Numbered from the stretch's first letter, positions 31,951 to 41,182 are shown. The stretch is 62,953 nt of DNA from an uncultured Gammaproteobacteria bacterium (GCA_964462325.1 CAYWYQ010000001.1:1-62953), one strand, 5' to 3'. The notes: generated by a model not told the origin, from the letters alone. Numbers and translations are program-made.

Positions 31951-32355
31951 ATGTTTACAAAAATGGTAAAAAGTAGTATAGTTTGCACGAATATGCACCA
32001 GGTAACATATACTGGAATTGTCGAAAAAGGCGAAGGAATAGCCGGACCCGAGTATTCGATACCAACCGCAAATCTACATCTCGATTCTGTACACATAGAT
32101 CCGGGAGTCTATGTAGGTATGACGGAATATGAGGGCAAACAATATCCGAGTGCTGTTTGTTATGGCGCGAATGATTCAGAGAAATTCGAGGTACATTTAC
32201 TAGATGTAACTTTTGATTTGCTTGGGAAGGAATTAACTGTTCATATACTTGATAAAGTAAGTGAAATTATTCCTTGGGAGTCAAAAGAGCGCATGAGACA
32301 CAAAATATTGGATGATGTTCATTGTGTGCGAGAATATTTCAATAAGAAAAAATAG
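31951..32355 (+). CDS. riboflavin kinase domain protein
   Basis: GIVEKGEGIAGPEYSIPTANL...GVYVG...FEVHLLD matches the RibF C-terminal kinase domain. GGGAG lies 5 nt before ATG 31951. Confidence 0.7.
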   Translation: MFTKMVKSSIVCTNMHQVTYTGIVEKGEGIAGPEYSIPTANLHLDSVHIDPGVYVGMTEYEGKQYPSAVCYGANDSEKFEVHLLDVTFDLLGKELTVHILDKVSEIIPWESKERMRHKILDDVHCVREYFNKKK

Positions 32356-32372
32356 GCATTTGCCTATTTTTT
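32346..32372. terminator. bidirectional terminator between convergent genes
   Basis: AAAAAATAGGCA-TT-TGCCTATTTTTT overlaps both stop codons. Confidence 0.7.
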
Positions 32373-33671
32373 CTTTGTCTTGGTGGTGACGATTTCAATC
32401 ATTTTTTCTATACGGCGCTTGTCTGCCAGTAACTTTGAACGATCTTTGTTAAAGAGAATCACATTGAATACCGATTTACCGCCATGTTTTGCAAAGCGAC
32501 ACATGTCACCAATTTTCTTATTGACGGCGAGTTCGTTTACAGATTGAACCTTTGCAACCTTCTTAATACCCTTAAGCGCCTTTAATCTACCTTCCTTTTT
32601 CGCATAAAATTTTAGTACAGCTGCATATCCTCTTACACGTTTTGGAATGATGGGTTTACGAGGAATGCGAATAAGGATGTCATTCATGGAATGATTTATA
32701 CCAAATGCCAAGTCATAAAACGTATGTCTAAAACCTCCTGCGCGCGCACCAATTTCAATAATCTTCCATCCATTTTCTGTGCGGATAAGCTCGGAATGTG
32801 CCGTAGAATTTCGTAGCCCTAATGCACGAATCCCTTTTTCTGTTACATTCTCAAGAGCATTAATACTCTTTTTTGTTAACTTAGTTGGTGTGATCTGAAA
32901 ATAATTAAAGAAATCATCAAATCCAATTGTTTGACCTGTCTTTACCGCAACTGGAGGACAATGAAATACTTCTCCACGGGTACTCACATATGAATCAATT
33001 GAGTACATATCTCCCTCCATGAATTCTTCCACAATGACCTTCGGGGTATCATCGAGCTTTCTTTCCTTGTAGTGACTTTTTATTTTACGGAAAGTTTTTC
33101 GGAGAGTAGTCGCTAATTCGTCTTCATGATAACAAATTGTAACAAGAAGACTTTGTGCAAGTCCGGCCGGTTTTACGACAAGAGGGAAGCCTACCTTCTT
33201 TTCGATTTTCTTCATTGTTATAGCTGAATTGTCTTTTACAATCAAATATTTTGGTGTGATTGTTTTATCGTAGGAAGTAAAGCGACGACGCATCTGTGTT
33301 TTATCAATTGCCCATGAAACAGATTCGACCGTTGGAGTACGTAGATAGGGAACATTTGGAATAACTTTTCTAAATTTACCCATATTTGCTTCACTTCTAC
33401 ATGTAATAGCAAGCAATTTATCTTCATAGGGCTTCAATGCCTTCTCGATACTCGTATGGGAATTCATTTTTGCTGGAATGACAAGATCAAAACGTGCTGC
33501 AAGCTTTTCCCTTGCCTCAACATTCTTTTTATCATCTATAAGAACAACAAATTTATACTTTTTACCCCTATCAGCAAAAGCAGTACGCAATTCCTCAATG
33601 GTTCCAAGTGGAGCCGTTTGAACATAGAGGATAATATTTCGCCCATATGTCCATGATTTTTTTAATGCCAT
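32364..33671 (-). CDS. ATP-grasp domain protein (carboxylate-amine ligase type), substrate unknown
   Basis: PLVVKPAGLAQS, EEFMEGDMYSIDSYV and HSELIRTENGWKIIEIGARAGG. ATG at 33671; the track start is TTG. Confidence 0.7.
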   Translation of the reverse strand: MALKKSWTYGRNIILYVQTAPLGTIEELRTAFADRGKKYKFVVLIDDKKNVEAREKLAARFDLVIPAKMNSHTSIEKALKPYEDKLLAITCRSEANMGKFRKVIPNVPYLRTPTVESVSWAIDKTQMRRRFTSYDKTITPKYLIVKDNSAITMKKIEKKVGFPLVVKPAGLAQSLLVTICYHEDELATTLRKTFRKIKSHYKERKLDDTPKVIVEEFMEGDMYSIDSYVSTRGEVFHCPPVAVKTGQTIGFDDFFNYFQITPTKLTKKSINALENVTEKGIRALGLRNSTAHSELIRTENGWKIIEIGARAGGFRHTFYDLAFGINHSMNDILIRIPRKPIIPKRVRGYAAVLKFYAKKEGRLKALKGIKKVAKVQSVNELAVNKKIGDMCRFAKHGGKSVFNVILFNKDRSKLLADKRRIEKMIEIVTTKTKKK

Positions 33672-33691
33672 ATTGTCCAAATAGTATGTAG

Positions 33692-34684
33692 TTAATGTAC
33701 GGGAGTCAAGGCAGATTTTTTTTCTGCATGATCAAGAAGCATCTGATCAAGAATATCGAGAACTTCCTTCTGTGTTTTTGCGGTCATAAGTCCTTGTTTG
33801 TATACCTTGAAATGGGGAATGCCCTTAAAGTACCATGAGAGATGCTTGCGAAACGTATTCACAGCAGCTTCCCCATATTGTTCAAGGTGTAATTGGAGAT
33901 GTTCTTTTACAACACGTATACGTTCCTCAAGTGTGACAATAAATGGTTCTCTTCCAGCAAGTACATCCTCAATTTGTCTAAATATCCATGGATTCCCAAG
34001 GGCACCTCTTGCGATCAATACGCCGTCACAACCTGTTTCTTCAATAGCTTGGAAATAATCCTCATAGGTGAATACATCGCCATTATAGAGAACAGGAATA
34101 GAAACAGTTTCTTTTACACGACGTACAATATCTCGATTCGACAACCCAGAATATCCCTGTTCTTTTGTACGTCCATGTACCGTAATCAGATCGGCTCCCG
34201 CTTCCTCAATATGTTTAGCGAATGCAATACATTCTTCATGATCCGACCAACCTGCACGCATTTTTACAGATAGGGGAACGGTAATGACTCCCTTCATTGC
34301 TCTAACAATAGAGGTTGCATGCTCTGGGTCCTTCATGAGTGCAGAACCGTTAAAATTTGAAGTGATTTTATACACAGGACATCCCATATTGATGTCAATT
34401 CCATCTGGGTGATGTTTCTTCTCGATAATAACAGCACACTTAGCCATCGTTTCTGGATTTGCACCAAATATTTGTTGCACGAGTGGACGTTCGGCGCCGT
34501 GTATATCGGTCATGTCAAGCGTCTTGTTATTCCCGCGTACCACGGCTTCCGAGGAAACCATTTCTCGAAACACAATAGGGGACGCAATAGATTTTACAAT
34601 GCGACAATAAGCAGAGTCGGTCATGTCTGCCATCGGTGATAGCGCAACGATGGGCCTTTGTATGGTTTTCCAATCAATCTTCAT
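33692..34684 (-). CDS. dus: tRNA-dihydrouridine synthase
   Basis: LSPMADMTDSAYR-like N-terminus, IDINMGCPV and TVHGRT. ATG at 34684. Confidence 0.9.
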   Translation of the reverse strand: MKIDWKTIQRPIVALSPMADMTDSAYCRIVKSIASPIVFREMVSSEAVVRGNNKTLDMTDIHGAERPLVQQIFGANPETMAKCAVIIEKKHHPDGIDINMGCPVYKITSNFNGSALMKDPEHATSIVRAMKGVITVPLSVKMRAGWSDHEECIAFAKHIEEAGADLITVHGRTKEQGYSGLSNRDIVRRVKETVSIPVLYNGDVFTYEDYFQAIEETGCDGVLIARGALGNPWIFRQIEDVLAGREPFIVTLEERIRVVKEHLQLHLEQYGEAAVNTFRKHLSWYFKGIPHFKVYKQGLMTAKTQKEVLDILDQMLLDHAEKKSALTPVH

Positions 34685-34769
34685 AACGGCGAACAATAAC
34701 AGAAAATACAGGTATTGTCAATCTGCATTAGTCACATTATACTATGAGCATTACTTAGTAGAAAGAAAT

Positions 34770-35150
34770 ATGAAACTATCTTCCACGACATCAATGTTCC
34801 TTCTTGCAGGTGTAGTTGTTGTAGCACTTATTGGAGCAGCTGTTTTGAAAAATGTTGGACCTTCTAAATACGACGATTTTGCGCAGTGTCTTGCCGAGAA
34901 GGGGGCATTTGTATACGAAGCGTGGTGGTGTAGTGCCTGCGCGGCGCAAGAGGAGCAATTTGGAACAGCCTATAGACATGTGCCTAAAAAAGAATGTGCA
35001 GCGGCAGGACAGTCAAGCTCATTTGCCCTTTGTGAAGAAGATGGCATTACTTCAACGCCAACATGGCGATACCCTGACGGTTCATTGAATCCAGGTGTAC
35101 ACCCCATGTCAGCATTAAGTGAAATATATGGTTGTGAATTACCTCAATAA
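34770..35150 (+). CDS. membrane-anchored thioredoxin-like protein (VKOR partner type)
   Basis: N-terminal TM segment, then GAFVYEAWWCSACAAQEEQFG. This resembles the Trx-like domain that is fused to VKOR in other bacteria. Confidence 0.65.
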   Translation: MKLSSTTSMFLLAGVVVVALIGAAVLKNVGPSKYDDFAQCLAEKGAFVYEAWWCSACAAQEEQFGTAYRHVPKKECAAAGQSSSFALCEEDGITSTPTWRYPDGSLNPGVHPMSALSEIYGCELPQ

Positions 35151-35607
35151 GATTCGAAGAACGCACCTTATCTCGCTTTTGATTCTCTTCAGTATCATTG
35201 GATTAATTTCAGCAATCTATACGGCATCGGCACATTACGGAGATGTCTCACTCGCTGTATGTAGCTTGAATGAAACATTCGACTGTGGAACGGTAAATAA
35301 CAGTAAGTGGTCTGAGATAGTAGGAATACCTGTTTCGGTTCTTGGACTTATATCCTATGCACTGTTTATTATCGGAGGAGTATCTGTTTATAAAAAACCA
35401 CATGAACTCATTGAAATGCTCATGGGTGTTTTAGCAATTGTCGGTCTTGGTTTTAGCCTGTACCTTACGTCAATTGAAGCATTTGTTCTTCAGACATGGT
35501 GCTTGTTCTGTATCGCATCACAAATTGCTATTTTAGGTATTTTCATCTGTGTGATGCGAATCCGGGCCATTGATGCAAAAACATTTCCTCAACAAGAGAT
35601 TGCATGA
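35128..35607 (+). CDS. vitamin K epoxide reductase (VKOR) family membrane protein
   Basis: Loop cysteines CSLNETFDCGTV, SKWSEIVGIPVSVLG and the CxxC motif WCLFCIASQ. The start is ambiguous (GTG 35119 or ATG 35128). Confidence 0.75.
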   Translation: MVVNYLNKIRRTHLISLLILFSIIGLISAIYTASAHYGDVSLAVCSLNETFDCGTVNNSKWSEIVGIPVSVLGLISYALFIIGGVSVYKKPHELIEMLMGVLAIVGLGFSLYLTSIEAFVLQTWCLFCIASQIAILGIFICVMRIRAIDAKTFPQQEIA

Positions 35608-36959
35608 AACAATTGTCATTTCATGGAGGTGTACGAGGAGTAACAGGGAGCTGTTACCTGCTTGAAAATGAAAAGGGGAAAATCCTGATTGATTGCGGGA
35701 TGCATCAAGGGGAGAGGATGTGTAGCAAAATAAATTACGAGCCTTTTGATTTTGACCCATCTCAAATCGATGCGGTCATTATTACGCATGCTCATTATGA
35801 TCACACGGGCCGTTTACCTCTACTTATTGAGCGTGGGTTTAGGGGAAAGATCTACATGACAGCACCGACAAAGGAACTTAGTAGGCATATTCTGGAAGAT
35901 GCCATGCGCATTATGCAGGAAAATGCAGAGCATTGCGGAGATGAGGTCCTTTATTCAGCCGAGGATCTTAAAAAGGTCTTTTCGCTTACAACGGGTCTGG
36001 GTTACCATACAGAGTTTGAGCCTGTACGCGGTATGCGCGCTATGTTTCATGATGCTGGTCATATTCTTGGGTCAGCATATATTTCAGTTGATATAGAAGG
36101 AGAACGTTTTATTTTTAGTGGAGACCTTGGTAATGACGATGTACCCATTCTTCCGGACACAGAGATACTAGAAAGCGCAGATTATATTGTGTGTGAATCT
36201 ACGTATGGAGATAAGGATCATCATAAATCATCTGAAAGAAAACAGCGTCTATTAGATGCGCTTGATAAAACGTTACCAAGAGGCGGTACAGCAATCATAC
36301 CTGCATTTTCTATCGAGAGAACACAGGAGTTATTATATCTACTGAATGAATTATGTACGGAAGGGCAATGTCCACAAGTACCGGTTTTTCTTGATAGTCC
36401 GCTTGCAATAAAGGCAACGGAAGTGTACGAGAAATATAGTAATTATTTACGATTTGATAAACCTCATTCTGCAGGTGTTGATCAGGATTTTTTCTCATTT
36501 CCAGGACTACATGTCACCATGTCCGTTGATGATTCAAAAGAGATTAATCACTACAAGGGAGCAAAAATAATTATTGCAGGATCTGGTATGATGACGGGTG
36601 GTCGTGTAGTACATCACCTAAAACAGTATCTATCTGATGAAAAAAGTGCTGTAATTATTATTGGGTATCAGGCGGATCATACCCTTGGAAGAAAGATTCA
36701 AGATGGGGCAGAGGCGGTAGAAATTCATAGACAACATATTAAAGTACGTGCACGTATTTATGAGATTGAATCTTTTTCTGCTCATGCTGGTAGGACAAAA
36801 CTTGCGACTTGGGTTCAACCAAAATCTGGTCCGGCAAAAAAAATATTCCTCGTGCATGGCGATGATAATGTGAAACCAATGCTAGCAAAACATATGCAGG
36901 AAAAAGGAGTTATGTCTGAAATAATCATTCCACAGTTTCAAGGAAAATTTGAATTATAA
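35604..36959 (+). CDS. MBL-fold beta-CASP family hydrolase (RNA-metabolising nuclease type)
   Basis: ITHAHYDHTGRLP (HxHxDH), a beta-CASP region and a C-terminal FLVHGD. Confidence 0.75.
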   Translation: MKQLSFHGGVRGVTGSCYLLENEKGKILIDCGMHQGERMCSKINYEPFDFDPSQIDAVIITHAHYDHTGRLPLLIERGFRGKIYMTAPTKELSRHILEDAMRIMQENAEHCGDEVLYSAEDLKKVFSLTTGLGYHTEFEPVRGMRAMFHDAGHILGSAYISVDIEGERFIFSGDLGNDDVPILPDTEILESADYIVCESTYGDKDHHKSSERKQRLLDALDKTLPRGGTAIIPAFSIERTQELLYLLNELCTEGQCPQVPVFLDSPLAIKATEVYEKYSNYLRFDKPHSAGVDQDFFSFPGLHVTMSVDDSKEINHYKGAKIIIAGSGMMTGGRVVHHLKQYLSDEKSAVIIIGYQADHTLGRKIQDGAEAVEIHRQHIKVRARIYEIESFSAHAGRTKLATWVQPKSGPAKKIFLVHGDDNVKPMLAKHMQEKGVMSEIIIPQFQGKFEL

Positions 36960-37225
36960 AAAATCGAGGTTTTCCTCGATTGAGTGTACGCCACGTGTTG
37001 TTTTAATCTCCGAACAGGTAGCCCAGTTCCGGGATCAACATTCATGGATTGGATCCAAATATCACCCTTAAAACAATGCTTCTCTTCATGACCATGTATA
37101 TAGTGAAGCACGAGGCGCGCGTCTTCTTCTGTTGTCTGTCCCTCCTGGCACCTGTATGTTTGCGTGAGCGAAACACTTGCTCCGCATGTATTGCATGTTC
37201 CACGTGCAATAAATAACCGAACCAT
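36938..37225 (-). CDS. small Cys/His-rich protein, unknown function (3' extent doubtful)
   Basis: Strong AGAGGTGA SD before ATG 37225. The ORF runs through the minus-oriented terminator hairpin before reaching its stop. Confidence 0.35.
   Translation of the reverse strand: MVRLFIARGTCNTCGASVSLTQTYRCQEGQTTEEDARLVLHYIHGHEEKHCFKGDIWIQSMNVDPGTGLPVRRLKQHVAYTQSRKTSIFYNSNFP
36962..36981 (-). terminator. hairpin with a T-run on the minus strand only
   Basis: AATCGAGG-TTTT-CCTCGATT. A6 precedes it on the plus strand, which reads as T6 after it on the minus strand. Confidence 0.5.
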
Positions 37226-37254
37226 ATCACCTCTTTACGAGGCTAGCATATTTT

Positions 37255-37833
37255 TTATTGTCGTGAAGTATTCTCAAAATAAAATTCATAAAACTCAGCG
37301 GAGCTTGATTGGTTTGGTATGAGAGGATCAATAGAAAAAAAGGAATGATTTAACGTATTTAATCGAATATCGAATTGATTATGAGTAATTATTTTCTCAT
37401 TTGTATAGATGGACTTAATGACAGGGTCATCGTTTGAATCATGATGAATCTGTTGAAGATCAAGCTCATCTCGCCAACTATAATGCACCGCAGACACGGT
37501 GCCTGATACATCAATAAAGGTGTTACGTGCTCGTATCGTCGCATCTCCTTCTATAATAATTCGTCCTTGAATAAGTCGTATTGTGAATGAATCCTGTCGT
37601 GTGTCTTCTAGCTGAATCTCAGTATTTTTGTCTAAGTACATGTGAATGTCATGCGTAAGGAATTGTACATAGTCGTCCTGACTAACGATCAGAGAACCTC
37701 GGTCATATGGCTTTTCATCAATGAGAATATAGGGGTATGCATCTGTAGAATAAAGCTGATGCCAAATAAGGGCACATGTGGAGAGTGCAACAAGGAGAAC
37801 GATTCCTATGGTAATATACGAACGTTTATTCAT
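37255..37833 (-). CDS. membrane-anchored protein, unknown function
   Basis: Start taken at MNKRSYITIGIVLLVAL (ATG 37833). The longer track ORF would overlap the conserved thioredoxin gene. Confidence 0.5.
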   Translation of the reverse strand: MNKRSYITIGIVLLVALSTCALIWHQLYSTDAYPYILIDEKPYDRGSLIVSQDDYVQFLTHDIHMYLDKNTEIQLEDTRQDSFTIRLIQGRIIIEGDATIRARNTFIDVSGTVSAVHYSWRDELDLQQIHHDSNDDPVIKSIYTNEKIITHNQFDIRLNTLNHSFFSIDPLIPNQSSSAEFYEFYFENTSRQ

Positions 37834-37844
37834 AAATAAATTAT

Positions 37845-38108
37845 ATGGCATTGTTAGAATTTTACGGGGAAACATGTCCTCATTGTATTGCAATGAAGTC
37901 CATGGTGAAAGCAGTAGAAGAGAAACATGGAGTTGAGTTTGAAAAATATGAAGTTTGGAATGATGAAGCAAATGCAGAAAAGATGAAGGAATATGACAAA
38001 GGATTATGCGGAGGTGTTCCGTTTTTCTACAGTACAGAATCAAAAGAATTTCTTTGTGGGAGCGTAGAGGAGGAGGAGTTCGATGCATGGGTCAAAAAAA
38101 ATAAATAG
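37845..38108 (+). CDS. thioredoxin/glutaredoxin-like small redox protein
   Basis: LEFYGETCPHCIAMK (CPHC) ... GGVPFFY; 87 aa. Confidence 0.75.
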   Translation: MALLEFYGETCPHCIAMKSMVKAVEEKHGVEFEKYEVWNDEANAEKMKEYDKGLCGGVPFFYSTESKEFLCGSVEEEEFDAWVKKNK

Positions 38109-38110
38109 CA

Positions 38111-38249
38111 TACGCTTGAAATTCATCCGTTTATATATTGGCGCATTTTTTTCACACATCTACGCGTTTCACTGCACTGTGCGTTCTAGTGCACTTCAGT
38201 TCTGCACTCGATGATTTAAACAAATTACATCCAGTCAATTACGCGGACA
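38111..38249 (+). repeat. LH element, divergent subfamily
   Basis: ACGCTTGAAATTCATCCGTTTATATATTGGCG ... apex GCACTGTGCGTTCTAGTGC ... AATTACATCCAGTCAATTACGCGGACA. The 5' arm matches copy 40783. Confidence 0.55.
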
Positions 38250-38300
38250 TGTTTCAAGGAAATATCATCTCGTTTTCTGTGCGAACTATGTCGGACCTTA
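38250..38300 (+). repeat. LH half-element (3' arm) plus a GTCGGACCTT motif
   Basis: TGTTTCAAGGAAATATCATCTCGTTTTCTGTGCGAACTATGTCGGACCTT. Confidence 0.45.
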
Positions 38301-38360
38301 AAAACTTTCACTATAATAGATAATAAGCTAAATGCTGGACTAGGCTAGTTGTTTTATCGT

Positions 38361-39215
38361 CTAGTATGTCATGCGGTCGATCCAATGCGCATCAACTTCT
38401 ACATGTAGATCGAGGAACCATTTTTTTCCAGAGATCGTTTCAAGCTCTCTTCTCGTAGATTGTCCAATCTCCTTAATCCCCCGAGCACCTTTTCCGATCA
38501 CCATTCCTTGATAACGCTTATTGATCGTTAATATTCTCGCCTTTACATACATGGTTCCATTATCGCGCTCAGAAAATTCATCAACAACGACATGTATTTG
38601 ATAGGGTACTTCTTGCCGTAATCGTAAAAAGAGCTTCTCGCGAATAATTTCAGCAATTTGTTGTTCGGATGTTAAATTAGAAAATTGACCTTCTGGGTAC
38701 ATGAATTCTCCTTCGGGAATATGGTCATGAATCCATCGCTTCAAAACATCTACATTTGATCCGTGCTTTGCGGATATCTCAACATATCCATCGAATTGCT
38801 CTGCAAGGTCCCTATAAAAATCAATATATCTTCTAGATTTTGAATCATCGATTTTATTGATGACGAGTAGTTTTGGTTTTTCGATATGTTCAATCATCTT
38901 CATGACCTGCTTCTCTTCATTGCCTATATCTCTTGTTGCATCCACAACATATAAAATTGCATCAATATCTTCGAGGGAATTCCTTGTCCAATCAAGGAGT
39001 TTTTTTGTGAGCGGATCTTTAGCTTTTTGCATGATCCCAGGAGTATCCACAAATACGACCTGTGAATCGATAGAGGTCATGACGCCTTGAATAGGCATGC
39101 GAGTTGTTTGAGGTTTTGGTGTCGTAATCGCCACTTTTGTACCAATTAAGGCATTTAATAGTGTTGACTTTCCGACATTTGATCGCCCAATGAGGACAGC
39201 GAAGCCACTTTTCAT
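38361..39215 (-). CDS. era: GTPase Era
   Basis: GRSNVGKSTLLN (G1), DTPG (G3), NKID (G4) and a C-terminal KH domain (VIGKGARGIKEIG). ATG at 39215. Confidence 0.9.
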   Translation of the reverse strand: MKSGFAVLIGRSNVGKSTLLNALIGTKVAITTPKPQTTRMPIQGVMTSIDSQVVFVDTPGIMQKAKDPLTKKLLDWTRNSLEDIDAILYVVDATRDIGNEEKQVMKMIEHIEKPKLLVINKIDDSKSRRYIDFYRDLAEQFDGYVEISAKHGSNVDVLKRWIHDHIPEGEFMYPEGQFSNLTSEQQIAEIIREKLFLRLRQEVPYQIHVVVDEFSERDNGTMYVKARILTINKRYQGMVIGKGARGIKEIGQSTRRELETISGKKWFLDLHVEVDAHWIDRMTY

Positions 39216-39268
39216 ACGACGCAACCATAACAGTTTGTGATTAATTTGTCACTAAGGTAAGTAGTATT

Positions 39269-39277
39269 TGGTATACT
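39269..39277 (+). promoter_or_regulatory. extended -10 element TGGTATACT
   Basis: Ends 6 nt before ATG 39284, implying a leaderless mRNA. Confidence 0.5.
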
Positions 39278-39283
39278 GTGCTT

Positions 39284-39754
39284 ATGAAATACACTATCGC
39301 TACATTATTACTTATACTGCTTGCTGCACTAAATATTATTGTAATTTTACGATTAGTACTTGAATCACCATCCATTACTTCAGAAGAAGTGCTTGAAGAA
39401 GTGGAGGAATTAAGGAGTCAAAATCTTATTCCAGAGCTTGATGATGTTGGGATAAAAGAAATCGTTGGAGCTGTAGAGGCAGACGCAGAGTCGCTCTATC
39501 GTTTTGTTGGATATATCTCTGTGCAAAATGCACAAGAAATTCCTGTAGAGGATGCTATTGTGACTTATCAATTTATTACTTCGTCGGACATACAAATACT
39601 TCAATCAAAGACAGATGGAAATGGAAAGTCGGTCATCGACATATATTTTAATGATAAAGGGACCTATAGAATTGAGGTTCTTGACATTACGGGAGATGGA
39701 ATACAATTGAGTACTAAACTCAGTACACAACTTAATTTGACACAAGTAAATTAA
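39284..39754 (+). CDS. membrane-anchored or secreted protein with a beta-sandwich-like C-terminal part, unknown function
   Basis: N-terminal hydrophobic anchor. ...SKTDGNGKSVIDIYFNDKGTYRIEV resembles carboxypeptidase-regulatory/Ig-like folds. Confidence 0.45.
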   Translation: MKYTIATLLLILLAALNIIVILRLVLESPSITSEEVLEEVEELRSQNLIPELDDVGIKEIVGAVEADAESLYRFVGYISVQNAQEIPVEDAIVTYQFITSSDIQILQSKTDGNGKSVIDIYFNDKGTYRIEVLDITGDGIQLSTKLSTQLNLTQVN

Positions 39755-39793
39755 AGATTACATTGGAAAGATAGCTCTTCACGAATAATCTTT

Positions 39794-40780
39794 ATGCTAA
39801 CAGACCTACGAAATATATTCCTCGGTGTTATTGCCGTCCTTTTTGTTATTTTTCTTCTCACGCTGATTCGGACGCCTGCAGAAAAAGCTCTTGAGTCTAC
39901 AAATCCTGAATTATACGAATTGGTGGAAGGTGGAAGCATATTACGTGAAATAGCAAGTAATCTTGTCAGTGGAGGTCCACCTCCGGACGGCATTCCTCCC
40001 ATCGAGAATCCCATTTATATCTCCATGGAAAATGCAGATGACTTTCTTAATGACGATGATATTGTTTTTGTTACAAATTTTGGTGGTCAGGTAAAACTAT
40101 TTCCGCAAAGGATACTCGTTTGGCATGAAGTCGTGAATGATACATTTGGTTCTGAGCAAGGGACATTAACCTATTGTCCACTCACTGGAACGGTTATAGG
40201 ATATAAAAATACACTCCTTGATAAAACAGTAACCGATTTCGGAACATCGGGCAGTTTGGTAAATAGCAATTTAGTGATGTATGACCGGGACTCTGGTAGT
40301 TTCTGGCCACAAATTCTTCGGCAAGCCGTGACAGGGGACAGGGCGGGACAGATAGCGGAAATGTTTCCTGCGATATGGACAACATGGGAAATGGCAGAGG
40401 AATATTACGCAGATGCACTTGTTCTTTCTAATGCTACGAGATCAAATAGAAATTATTCCTATGATCCATATGGGGGCTATGATGATGAAGGAGGGTATTA
40501 TTTTGAGGGGGGTCCATTATTCCCAGCAATGAATACAGATGATAGATTGCCTGCGAAGGAAGTGGTGCTTGGTGTATACGATGAAGAAAAAATTGCCTTC
40601 AGAAAATCGTCTGTTATGCTACAAAAAGAAATGACGCAGCAGGGGTATACGGCACGTTATATAGAGGAGTTAGATGCCGTAGAAGTTATTGCTACAGAAA
40701 CGGGCCAGCCGGCTGATTATGTGGAGGGATTTTGGTTTGCTTGGGTAGCGTACTTCCCGGAAACAGCACTATTTGAATAG
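39794..40780 (+). CDS. DUF3179 domain protein
   Basis: PPPDGIPPIENP, YCPLTGT, FGTSGSLVNSNLVMYDR and SFWPQ motifs. Confidence 0.65.
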   Translation: MLTDLRNIFLGVIAVLFVIFLLTLIRTPAEKALESTNPELYELVEGGSILREIASNLVSGGPPPDGIPPIENPIYISMENADDFLNDDDIVFVTNFGGQVKLFPQRILVWHEVVNDTFGSEQGTLTYCPLTGTVIGYKNTLLDKTVTDFGTSGSLVNSNLVMYDRDSGSFWPQILRQAVTGDRAGQIAEMFPAIWTTWEMAEEYYADALVLSNATRSNRNYSYDPYGGYDDEGGYYFEGGPLFPAMNTDDRLPAKEVVLGVYDEEKIAFRKSSVMLQKEMTQQGYTARYIEELDAVEVIATETGQPADYVEGFWFAWVAYFPETALFE

Positions 40781-40782
40781 GC

Positions 40783-40909
40783 ACTCCGTTTATATACTGG
40801 CGTACTTTGCATTCACATCTTGCGCACTTCGCTACACTGTACGTATTAGTACACTTCCGCTCAGTGCTCGATGTTCAAGCAAATTACATCCAGTCTATTT
40901 CACGGACGG
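40783..40909 (+). repeat. LH element, full copy
   Basis: CCGTTTATATACTGGCG... apex GTACGTATTAGTAC (40839-40852) ... AATTACATCCAGTCTATTTCACGGACGG. Confidence 0.65.
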
Positions 40910-40958
40910 ACTCGTTGCCTATCGAAAGGTCCGTACCTCAATCGAGAGGTCGGACCTT
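40909..40958 (+). repeat. 50-nt hairpin element (second copy)
   Basis: GACTCGTTGCCTATCGAAAGGTCCGTACCTCAATCGAGAGGTCGGACCTT, compare 17012-17061. Confidence 0.65.
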
Positions 40959-40970
40959 AGACGTTTTGAA

Positions 40971-41022
40971 TAGCCGGTTAGCAAGCTAGCTATTAGCGAA
41001 TTAGCAACTTAGCTCTTAGCGC
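40971..41022. repeat. TAGC-phased short tandem array
   Basis: TAGCCGGTTAGCAAGCTAGCTATTAGCGAATTAGCAACTTAGCTCTTAGCGC. Confidence 0.65.
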
Positions 41023-41027
41023 ACACC

Positions 41028-41053
41028 GTCATTCCAGACTAAGATCTGGAATC
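41028..41053 (+). repeat. GTCATTCCAGA hairpin repeat
   Basis: GTCATTCCAGACTAAGATCTGGAATC (stem TCCAGA/TCTGGA). Confidence 0.55.
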
Positions 41054-41093
41054 TTACGTATCCCGTATTCTACTGAATCGAGGTTGTACTGAG

Positions 41094-41122
41094 CCGAGGT
41101 TGAACCTCGAGGTTCAACCTCG
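41094..41122. repeat. back-to-back GAGGTT(C/G)AACCTC palindromes
   Basis: CCGAGGTTGAACCTCGAGGTTCAACCTCG. Confidence 0.8.
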
Positions 41123-41182
41123 CACAGTGAGAAATGGAGGATATATTGTATTTATTGATGATTTATAAAAAAATACTTATAC

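Noticed and set aside
37834-38088. Long form (277 aa) of the minus-strand ORF 37255..38088.
   Set aside because: Its first 85 codons lie antisense to the conserved CPHC thioredoxin gene (37845..38108) and are low-complexity. The internal ATG at 37833 gives a typical signal-anchor N-terminus.
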